From positions 6,437 to 70,436 of the IMG/VR virus record IMGVR_UViG_3300020048_000114: a stretch of DNA of 64,000 nt. The stretch is one strand, 5' to 3'. The position numbers were made by a program, and so were the translations under genes. Positions 28,941 through 36,789 of the stretch are shown here, piece by piece. This stretch comes from a virus. Its lineage: Duplodnaviria > Caudoviricetes. The notes below the pieces were generated by a model that did no database searches, was not told the origin of the DNA, and was given only the letters and a program-made list of their open reading frames with translations. The first letter of the stretch is position 1, and every line of letters starts with the position of its first letter.

Positions 28941-30185
28941 TTACAATACTTGCTTTTTGATTCCGGCTAACTTTTGGAATCTATTTGCCATCTCAGTTCC
29001 TTCGGTGATTACCTCTTTTGTAGGTTTTGTGGAAGCAACTGTTTTCGAAGCTAAACCTTCGGTGATGGTCTTAACTGCAACCTTCTGTGAAGGAGCGGCG
29101 GACTTTGCACCAAAATTAATCGATTCAGCGATAGTAGAATATACAAGTTTGACTTCACGAGTGTTCTTCGCTAGGTCCATGCTTTCTACGATCTTTAGTT
29201 TTTGTGGGTTACTCAAATTTCCTGCCTTGAATAGCTTGTTTGTGTAAAGCAACTTGGCGTTGAGTAAATTGACTTCATTCAACTTGCCCTTAACAAATGT
29301 TAGAGCTTCGTTGAATTGTGATAGTTGTTTCTTGAGTGTTTCGTTCTCAAGTTGGAGAGCTTCCATATCAGGTTGGGTCTGTTGGATTGGTGCGACCTGT
29401 GGTGCAACTCCCTCAGCCTCTGCTGTAATCTCTGCCATCAACTCATCAAAATTGATTGTTTCTTCCGAATCAACTGGAGCAACTCCAGCTTGTGGTGCGG
29501 TTGCGGGTGCAACTGCTGGAAGACCGTTTTCGGAAACTACTTCCTTTTCGTCTTCGTCTTCTTCGGCACCCTTTTCAAGTTCTTCCTTGATAGAGTCCAA
29601 TTCTTTTTCGTCTTCTGTCTCTTCCCCTTCGGATAGACCTACGGTTCCGTCATTGTATTGATCTTTGAATTGGCCAGTCTTTCCCAATGGGTCTTCTGTC
29701 TTTTCCCCAGCCTGTGGTTTAGAAGGATCGGAAGGTGCGGAAGTCTTCAATGTTGGAGTGTTTCCAATCACTGTGTATTTCACTTTTTCGCCTTGTGGGT
29801 CTTCTGTTTCTTGTAGAGCTGATGCTGTTGGATCAACAACTGGAGGAAGTGCGTCGATAGGTGCTGGAGCAGAAGGAACGGATGGAGCAGGTGGAACGGA
29901 TGGAGCAGATGGAACGGATGGAGCAGATGGGATACCTGTGTCAACTGGAAGAGTTGGATCAACCGAGATATCCGCTTCAGTAGCAAGACCGTCGATTTCT
30001 GTTACCGGATCTTCCAATGAGAATTCTTCTTCATCTTGAAGTTCGTTTTTCAACTTCTCAGAAAGAGCACCTGTTACGGCTTCTGTGAAGTGTTCTTGAA
30101 GAGCAAGCTTGGCATTGGCAAGAGCTGTTGCTCTTACTGCCTTTGCATCTGCGATTGCTTCTTTTAGTAGATTTGATTGTGACAT
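28941..30185 (-). CDS. Prohead core/scaffold protein
   Basis: Immediately upstream of MCP. LLKEAIADAKAVR N-terminus, acidic/Pro-rich middle, coiled-coil EVNLLNAKLLYTNKLF, C-terminal RFQKLAGI. Confidence 0.8.
   Translation of the reverse strand: MSQSNLLKEAIADAKAVRATALANAKLALQEHFTEAVTGALSEKLKNELQDEEEFSLEDPVTEIDGLATEADISVDPTLPVDTGIPSAPSVPSAPSVPPAPSVPSAPAPIDALPPVVDPTASALQETEDPQGEKVKYTVIGNTPTLKTSAPSDPSKPQAGEKTEDPLGKTGQFKDQYNDGTVGLSEGEETEDEKELDSIKEELEKGAEEDEDEKEVVSENGLPAVAPATAPQAGVAPVDSEETINFDELMAEITAEAEGVAPQVAPIQQTQPDMEALQLENETLKKQLSQFNEALTFVKGKLNEVNLLNAKLLYTNKLFKAGNLSNPQKLKIVESMDLAKNTREVKLVYSTIAESINFGAKSAAPSQKVAVKTITEGLASKTVASTKPTKEVITEGTEMANRFQKLAGIKKQVL
29865..29930. repeat. 18-nt coding tandem repeat (~3.7 copies) encoding PSAPSV
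   Basis: Unit tggagcagatggaacgga with 1-nt variants. Confidence 0.85.
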
Positions 30186-30332
30186 ATATTATGACCTTTA
30201 TTTTTTGTTTCTCTGTGTAAGCATTAATCGCCAACAATACAGTTTGTATATACTTGCCACAAATAAAGGTTGTCGCATTTTTATATAAATATGTATATAT
30301 TTTATAAAACGTAAAAAATTTTCTATTTATTT

Positions 30333-30944
30333 TTAGATATCTTGTGAATGTGGCTGAATTGTTCCAAAATATCCTATCAATGCATTCTTAGTGTTGAACA
30401 TAGGTGTCGCAGTGAATACTATATGAACCGATCCACCTGTTGGTATAACTAATGAGAATGAGTCTGTCCAGTCTCTATTCTCACTGACACTTAGATACCA
30501 ATTTCTAGCAACTTCTTCTCTACTATCATTTTCTATACAATTTATCCAACCCGATCCCATGAGTTCATCAGGTGTTCGTCCTGACAACCTACAATATGTT
30601 CTATTCACATGAACTACCTTTCCAGTTGCATCGGTTTCAAATGTTCCGTAGGTCAAATCTTGTATAAGGGCCTTTTGTCTTTTTTCTTGTTTTATAAGTT
30701 CCGCATCGAGACGTGATACATAGTCTTTCAAAGATGATCCGCCGTTGTGTTGAAGTTCTTTTTTTATAGAACTGACATCACTGTCGATTCTCAGTAAAGA
30801 ATTTTGGATGTTCTGCATCAGGCTTAGGCGATTTTTTATCCATGTGTATCCGCGTCTTGAGAATTTTAGGAATCCCCAAAGACCGGCGCCAATAGCCGAT
30901 GCATATCCTACCAACTGTGAAAGTTGTTCAAGGGTGATATCCAT
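30333..30944 (-). CDS. Membrane-anchored PAS-domain protein
   Basis: N-terminal hydrophobic helix and coiled coil with HNGGSSLKD. PAS-like FETDATGKVVHVNRTYCRLSGRTPDELMGSGW. Confidence 0.75.
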   Translation of the reverse strand: MDITLEQLSQLVGYASAIGAGLWGFLKFSRRGYTWIKNRLSLMQNIQNSLLRIDSDVSSIKKELQHNGGSSLKDYVSRLDAELIKQEKRQKALIQDLTYGTFETDATGKVVHVNRTYCRLSGRTPDELMGSGWINCIENDSREEVARNWYLSVSENRDWTDSFSLVIPTGGSVHIVFTATPMFNTKNALIGYFGTIQPHSQDI

Positions 30945-30952
30945 GACCGAAA

Positions 30953-31399
30953 TTATTTAGGCGCAATTATTCCATCTGCCTCGGGTGGCAATTCATCAAT
31001 GTCATAGTAACGTTGTAAGATGTTTCCTACTTCTTCGTAAATAGCTTCCATCTTTCTTTGGCATCTGTGGGATTCTTCTGCCAACTTTTGAAATTCCATA
31101 GCGTGACGTGTTGCCTCTTTCATGTTTCTCTCAACAATGTCCTTATCAAACCAATCGTCTTCTGTGATTCGTTCGAGTGCCAATCTTTTTGCGTGTGTAA
31201 CGGTTTTGTTAAGTTTCTTTGCAATCTCCATCACTGGCTCTGTGCGTCTCAATGATTTTGCCAATTTGTTGTATTCAGCAACAACTGCAAGAGTGTTTTT
31301 CATTTCGTCTTTGGTTAGAGGCTGTGGAGCTTCCATTCCGTCATCTGTGAATTTCGTATTAGGAGATTCGATTTCTTGTATAATTGCTTTGAGTTTCAT
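30953..31399 (-). CDS. Hypothetical head-module protein (MKLKAIIQE leader)
   Basis: Helical ORF ending YEEVGNILQRYYDI; TATTTATA upstream. Confidence 0.65.
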   Translation of the reverse strand: MKLKAIIQEIESPNTKFTDDGMEAPQPLTKDEMKNTLAVVAEYNKLAKSLRRTEPVMEIAKKLNKTVTHAKRLALERITEDDWFDKDIVERNMKEATRHAMEFQKLAEESHRCQRKMEAIYEEVGNILQRYYDIDELPPEADGIIAPK

Positions 31400-31446
31400 G
31401 TGGATTTGATTATAAATATAGAACTTGGTAGAAAAGATTAAATTTT

Positions 31447-31875
31447 TTAAACGGTTCTTAGTGTATCTTTGGATATTTTGGATAATGCTCTAGCTGCATC
31501 TGGACTTACCTTTCGAACGCCTTGAATGAATCTAGGATTCTTCTGTATCAGTGTGTCCAGATCAGGAATCTGTGCTCTCATATGTTTTACGAAGTCGCTT
31601 ATCTTCTTTGGTGATCCCAAAATAGATTTTGTTCTCGATCCAATTGTTCTTGCGGCTGCGTCTATAGCTTTTGTATTGGTCCCTATAGGTTCCATTTTCT
31701 TTGCATCTGTTGATTCCATTGGTTCCGATTCATCGGACATTGGATCGATAGGATCGTCAGACATTGTTGCAGCCGATGCGGACGTATCTGTGGAAGATAT
31801 ATTTTTGTTAGATTTGCTAGAAATCGCTTGTAAATCTCCTTTTTCGTATTCGTTTAATATATCTTTTAGTTTCAT
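31447..31875 (-). CDS. Hypothetical protein (MKLKDILNE leader)
   Basis: 142-aa ORF overlapping the upstream stop. Confidence 0.6.
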   Translation of the reverse strand: MKLKDILNEYEKGDLQAISSKSNKNISSTDTSASAATMSDDPIDPMSDESEPMESTDAKKMEPIGTNTKAIDAAARTIGSRTKSILGSPKKISDFVKHMRAQIPDLDTLIQKNPRFIQGVRKVSPDAARALSKISKDTLRTV

Positions 31876-32237
31876 AAAAATTTAGTGTCTATTGTCCTTA
31901 TAACGTCTTCTATAAAGACTCCCTTGACTACATCAGGAAGGGTTCCCAAGTTTTTTGAATTGAAAAATGCAATATCGTATTTTGTGGAGTCTTCTTCACA
32001 TTTACCGATAACTATTCTTCCAATGTTATTCTCGAAGGAGAATCCGACAGGAGTTTCGGTTGCTTTTATATTGGTTGCTCTCCATCTGCTTAAAAAGGTC
32101 GGGTCGATTGCTCTTAACTTTCTTATAATCGATCCCGACCCTTCGGAAGATAACTCTTCCGACAACAATTTAAGTTGTCGGTTGTTATTAACATCTTCGC
32201 ATATCAAAGATATAGATGATGTCCATTTTGAAAACAT
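31872..32237 (-). CDS. Hypothetical protein
   Basis: 121-aa ORF in a tightly packed operon. Confidence 0.55.
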   Translation of the reverse strand: MFSKWTSSISLICEDVNNNRQLKLLSEELSSEGSGSIIRKLRAIDPTFLSRWRATNIKATETPVGFSFENNIGRIVIGKCEEDSTKYDIAFFNSKNLGTLPDVVKGVFIEDVIRTIDTKFL

Positions 32238-32815
32238 TATACAGGTGATTCTTCTGTTGGTTGTAGTGCAGCTTCGTTTCCGTCAATAAATGGTGCCATA
32301 CTCTCGACCAATTGTGGGAATCCTACGATTCCTCTAAATCCGATTGTGTCGTCTTTAAACGATTTAAAATCTTCTTCGGTTTCGATTGATAGTTTATCAA
32401 CGATGTTCTTTGCAAGAGCATCAATTTGATTGGTCTTTATTGCTGGGTCGAGAACGAGTTGTAACAATGCAGTCACACCACTTGGACTTACAAGTTTGAT
32501 ATATCTCTGCTCCTCCAATTCTTGTTCAGCGGAGGTTTTTTTGGCTTTGGCTTTTTCCAATTCGGCCTGTGCCAGATTAGCTTCATTTCCTGCTGAATCA
32601 GGACTCTCTACAGGGGGTTCGGCAGGAGTTGGTTCAGGAGCAGGAACGTCTTCCGGAGTAGCTTCCGCCGCAGGCGTTTCCTGACTCGGGTCGTCCGTTG
32701 GGAGGGCGTCAGGATCTTCATCTTTTTCGAAAATTCTTCCCTTGCGCGCGTTTTTTGATATCTCCGACAAAAGTGATTTAAATTCGGCGGTTGGTTTGTA
32801 TGTTATATTCTTCAT
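32237..32815 (-). CDS. Hypothetical protein with an acidic/Pro-rich linker
   Basis: N-terminus shares F.SLLSEISKNA with the 34352 gene. Confidence 0.6.
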   Translation of the reverse strand: MKNITYKPTAEFKSLLSEISKNARKGRIFEKDEDPDALPTDDPSQETPAAEATPEDVPAPEPTPAEPPVESPDSAGNEANLAQAELEKAKAKKTSAEQELEEQRYIKLVSPSGVTALLQLVLDPAIKTNQIDALAKNIVDKLSIETEEDFKSFKDDTIGFRGIVGFPQLVESMAPFIDGNEAALQPTEESPV

Positions 32816-32822
32816 AATTTTA

Positions 32823-34352
32823 TTATTTTGCAGCAGATGCCCATTTGGTTAGAGTGTTTACAAACTCAGTATCACTTATCTGGCCTGCAGCCTTTTGACT
32901 CAAAAGAGTATCGTATCTAATGTCTGCGTTTCCAGGAAACAAGTTTTCCAGTCCATTTTTTATGAAATGGTTTCCGGGGGAATTGAGGTCTGAAACCGAT
33001 TGCGGATTAAATCCCTGTAGAGAGTCAACCTTGCCTCCGCCAAATCCTGCCTCACGCATTTTATTTAAAATACTGTTTGCCTCTCTTTGGGCTCCTGTGT
33101 TTACTTGTTGGAGTTGGTCTGCTGACAAAGCAGAACCTCCGATTCCGCCTGTGCCTCCGCCGGCAAACTGAGATATGCCGTTTACCGCGTTTCCTATGAA
33201 GGCTCCTGCTGCTCCCGCGACAGCTCCTTTTTTCATTCCTTTTTTCGCTCCGCTCCATCCAGCAGAAGCCGTCTTTTTAATGTCAAATTTATTTCCCGCT
33301 CGTTTATCGGATATTGCGGATTTTGCAGCACCGATTCCACCCCCAATTGCTCCTCCTATTACAGCCCCCTTAGCAGCACCCAATAAAGACGCTGCCAATA
33401 AAGGAACGAGTCCTCCCGCGCCAATTGCAGCTACTGCGCCCGTTGCTGCAATGAGTCCCAATCCAGCAACCGCTTTGACAGGATTTTTCTTTGACCATGT
33501 GGCAACTTTACCAACAAATCCTGGCTGAGTTGGGTCCATTGATTTAACTTTTGCCAAGCCAGATTGAACCAGATCTTTTGCCTTTTGGATTTTTGGGTTT
33601 TTTAACAAAGCCTCTAGTTTTTTTGGATTTGATTTTGCCAAATTTGCAAGAGTTTTAAATTGTTTTGGGTCGTTCTTTTTTATTTGGTCAACAACATTCT
33701 TTAAAGTTTTTTTAACAATAACTTTCTTTGCTGAGTCGTTTTGTTTAGACTTTGGCTGAGTGGCTGGTTTTTTCGTTGACAATCCAGATGTTCCTGAACT
33801 CTTCGTTGTGGATTTTGGGTTGCTCGATGAGGTTTTTTTATTTACACTCGATGGCTTATTTGAAGACGACTTCGCTTTCAATTCCGCCATTCGTTTTTCA
33901 AGCCTTTTCATTTCCTCTTTGTCGCCAGAAACCTTGGCTTTTTTCCAAGCACTTGATATATTTTTACCAGCGTTTTTTGCAAAACTTCCCAAGGTGTCAA
34001 AAAACCCCTCTTCAATCTCGTCTTCTGTTATAATGTTTTCTGATAGAAGTCCATGGAAGCTGTTCTTATATTCAACGAGTCTGTCAACGTCTGAGTCAAA
34101 GGATTCTCTTAGTATTTCAAAGTCGGTCATTGGTCCCTGTTCACAATCTACATCTCCGGTAGATACAGATGATATTATTGTATTTTTCGGGGTGTTTTCA
34201 ACAGAACCGCCTGCATTACTTCCACTTACAGCAATAGTAACATTTTTTGCAACAAAATCATCAGTAGACATTCTTCCGACATTTGCGTTTTTTGAAATCT
34301 CCGATAATAGAGATGTAAATGCTGGGGTTGCTATGAAGTTATATTTTGACAT
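32823..34352 (-). CDS. Gly/Ala-rich (glycine-zipper-like) putative virion/ejection protein
   Basis: Long GxxxG-rich hydrophobic stretch after a Lys/Ser-rich region; internal IITEDEIEE|GFF junction. Confidence 0.6.
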   Translation of the reverse strand: MSKYNFIATPAFTSLLSEISKNANVGRMSTDDFVAKNVTIAVSGSNAGGSVENTPKNTIISSVSTGDVDCEQGPMTDFEILRESFDSDVDRLVEYKNSFHGLLSENIITEDEIEEGFFDTLGSFAKNAGKNISSAWKKAKVSGDKEEMKRLEKRMAELKAKSSSNKPSSVNKKTSSSNPKSTTKSSGTSGLSTKKPATQPKSKQNDSAKKVIVKKTLKNVVDQIKKNDPKQFKTLANLAKSNPKKLEALLKNPKIQKAKDLVQSGLAKVKSMDPTQPGFVGKVATWSKKNPVKAVAGLGLIAATGAVAAIGAGGLVPLLAASLLGAAKGAVIGGAIGGGIGAAKSAISDKRAGNKFDIKKTASAGWSGAKKGMKKGAVAGAAGAFIGNAVNGISQFAGGGTGGIGGSALSADQLQQVNTGAQREANSILNKMREAGFGGGKVDSLQGFNPQSVSDLNSPGNHFIKNGLENLFPGNADIRYDTLLSQKAAGQISDTEFVNTLTKWASAAK

Positions 34353-34353
34353 A

Positions 34354-34971
34354 TTATTTGGTTGTGATTTCTGTGATGATATCTCTCATCAATGTTTCTG
34401 CTGTCTCGTATTTATTTTTTGAAATTGATCCGTTTACCCCTTCATTTATTGAAGTTGGAGACATGAATGCTCCTCTGGTGCTTGGATTTGAAACGAAATC
34501 CCATGCAACAAGTTCAAAGTCATCACCCACAGTAACTCCACCGTCTCTATTCTCTTTTACAGAACCAAGTCCACGACTTGAGATTCCAAGACGAATATTA
34601 CTTTTTATGAGTTCTCTAAGAATATTTCCAGCGGGAGTTGTGAGAATTTCAACAGTTCCGATAACACTGTCACCTTCCCAGTGAACCTCTGTAATGTTAT
34701 GGCTTACATTTTTCAATTCTACAACCGATGTGTTTGGATGGTCCAATTCACCGACTGCTCTACGTTCATTGACAAAATTCTTTTTGTAGTTTTCAACTTC
34801 ACGTTCCAATATTGCACGTGGATAACTACGACCATTTTGGTTTCTCTCGTTGGCCTTTTGGAGAATACCTTTAACAACCAATGGCGCATTTGGATTTGCG
34901 TCTCTGGCCTCTGTTAAGATGGTGGGAGAAATTTCAAATGTGATATAATCAACTAATAATTGTCTGCTCAT
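34354..34971 (-). CDS. Prohead maturation protease (T4 gp21-like)
   Basis: NQNGRSYP, GELDHP, VSHNIT, ILTTPAG, LGISSRGLGS, WDFVSNPST. Confidence 0.95.
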   Translation of the reverse strand: MSRQLLVDYITFEISPTILTEARDANPNAPLVVKGILQKANERNQNGRSYPRAILEREVENYKKNFVNERRAVGELDHPNTSVVELKNVSHNITEVHWEGDSVIGTVEILTTPAGNILRELIKSNIRLGISSRGLGSVKENRDGGVTVGDDFELVAWDFVSNPSTRGAFMSPTSINEGVNGSISKNKYETAETLMRDIITEITTK

Positions 34972-35867
34972 GTGTTTGTAATTGGTTTCTCTGTAGATTG
35001 TTGTTTTTGTGCCGGAGCCGGTGCAACTGGCTGAACAGGTTTTGTATCAGTTGGAACAACCGGTTTCTCGGTTTGTTGAGAATCTTTTCCGCTAATCACA
35101 ATCTTAAATGTTGTGTCTAAATAGTAATCTTTTTGTTGTTTGTCTTTGACAACCAATTGATATTCATCCTTGACTAAGGACAATGTTACAGATGATGGAA
35201 CAATTTTGTAATCCTTCTTTATTTGTCCAAAACCCTTTGATGCTCTAATTGTTACTTCTTTTCCAACCAACGATTCGTTAAATAGAGTCTCATAACCAGT
35301 TACAATTTTTGCTAGGTCTGCTTGAAAATTTGTAAATCCAGATGCAATATCAAATGTCCTTGGTTGTAGAGTTGGAGTGGAAGCCTCTTTTACAAGAGAT
35401 ATTTCCGATCCGCCAACAAGGGTATTAAATTGTTCAGCTATTCTTCCAAATTTTTCTCTGATGTCCGATATATCCTTCACGGTTCTTTTTGCGAAGGAAT
35501 TTTCCTTCATCAACTTTGCATGTTTAGGATTTGTTTTTCTGGCCATCAACGATTCAACAACCGTCAACATTCTATTTGTTTCTGCAAGATAACTAGAAAT
35601 TTTTCTTCCTAAAAACGGGTCTCCGACAACAGCTTCGGATATAACCTTTTTATCAGATTCTTCCGTTTCGTTGTTCACAAGTGTATAACCACTAGCCTTG
35701 GCAGCATCTGGATTTCCATTCTTTCTTTTTGTAAAAGCAAATGGAGTATTAAATCCTGCGACATTTCCAGTTGCAGTCATTTCTTTTATGGACTCGTCCT
35801 CTTGCATCACTTCCAATATTGTATTGAGAATGAACTGCTTAAATTGTTCTTTTTTGGATGCGTCCAT
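34968..35867 (-). CDS. Hypothetical head-module protein
   Basis: IKE|MTATGNVAGFNTPFAF motif; between the protease and portal-linked genes. Confidence 0.65.
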   Translation of the reverse strand: MDASKKEQFKQFILNTILEVMQEDESIKEMTATGNVAGFNTPFAFTKRKNGNPDAAKASGYTLVNNETEESDKKVISEAVVGDPFLGRKISSYLAETNRMLTVVESLMARKTNPKHAKLMKENSFAKRTVKDISDIREKFGRIAEQFNTLVGGSEISLVKEASTPTLQPRTFDIASGFTNFQADLAKIVTGYETLFNESLVGKEVTIRASKGFGQIKKDYKIVPSSVTLSLVKDEYQLVVKDKQQKDYYLDTTFKIVISGKDSQQTEKPVVPTDTKPVQPVAPAPAQKQQSTEKPITNT

Positions 35868-36748
35868 TATTTTTTCAACTCCTTGATTAGTTCATATGAC
35901 AACAAAATTGCTGTTACATGGTTGTCTCTAACAGATACAGATTCACGGATTTTCGTGAGTTGATTTACAGTTTCTTTCAATTTTATCTTAGCAATTGAAT
36001 CATCAACAGTTTCAATAATAGACGAAAATTGACATTTGATGTCATCAACACACTTGTTTACACGTTCTTTCAAAGATGTGGTGTTTGTAACATTGTTGAT
36101 ATATTCTTTTATTAGTGTTTTCTGTTCATCCCCAAGGACAGAATATTTCTCATTGAAGTTGTCCACCAACAGTTTATAAGTTAACAATCTAACATCCTCT
36201 GATTGTTCCTTATACAATTTCATCAAGTTGTCTTTTTCCTCGTTTAATGTATTCTTCTTTTTTGCATTTGAGGTTGCGAGATGTTCCATAATCATATTTC
36301 TCGCCTGAAAGATTTCCCCTGCATCTGATTGAACCGTTGGTCTTGATGATTCTTCCAAGACTTTATATATGGATGCCAAGAGTTTATAATTTCCGATACT
36401 CCCCTTCATAAAAGAATCAATGTCCCAATTATTCTTGATTTCTTTTACAACTTCAAATTTCTGTCTATCTAAATTGGCATTATTGATTTTCGCTCTATTT
36501 TTTATGACAACTTCAATCAATTTTTCGGCTTGGATTGTATCTTTGGTGGTCTCTTCCGAAATCAGTTGATACAACTTTAATTCTCTCCCCAACTCGGTTG
36601 ACTCATTGAAGTGTTTTTTCAATATGTCTGCGGCAGCTGTATTATTGTTAGCTGAAAGGATGTCGGATGTTACCTGTTTTACAAGCAATTCGAATAATAT
36701 TCCCGTGTTGCGGAATTTACTGTGCTTTAGTTTCTTGGGTTGAATCAT
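35867..36748 (-). CDS. Helical head-module protein downstream of portal
   Basis: KHSKFRNTGILFELLV N-terminus; TATTTATA 4 nt upstream. Confidence 0.7.
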   Translation of the reverse strand: MIQPKKLKHSKFRNTGILFELLVKQVTSDILSANNNTAAADILKKHFNESTELGRELKLYQLISEETTKDTIQAEKLIEVVIKNRAKINNANLDRQKFEVVKEIKNNWDIDSFMKGSIGNYKLLASIYKVLEESSRPTVQSDAGEIFQARNMIMEHLATSNAKKKNTLNEEKDNLMKLYKEQSEDVRLLTYKLLVDNFNEKYSVLGDEQKTLIKEYINNVTNTTSLKERVNKCVDDIKCQFSSIIETVDDSIAKIKLKETVNQLTKIRESVSVRDNHVTAILLSYELIKELKK

Positions 36749-36789
36749 AAGATATAAATATTATTTTCTTTATAAAAAGTTGAGTTATT

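Noticed and set aside
29865-29930. 18-nt tandem repeat as a regulatory or contingency locus
   Set aside because: It is in frame and encodes a PSAPSV linker in the scaffold; copy-number change would not shift the frame.
30953-32815. A defined defence or anti-defence island in the head module
   Set aside because: No recognisable catalytic motifs; these ORFs are covered only by the leader-motif inference.
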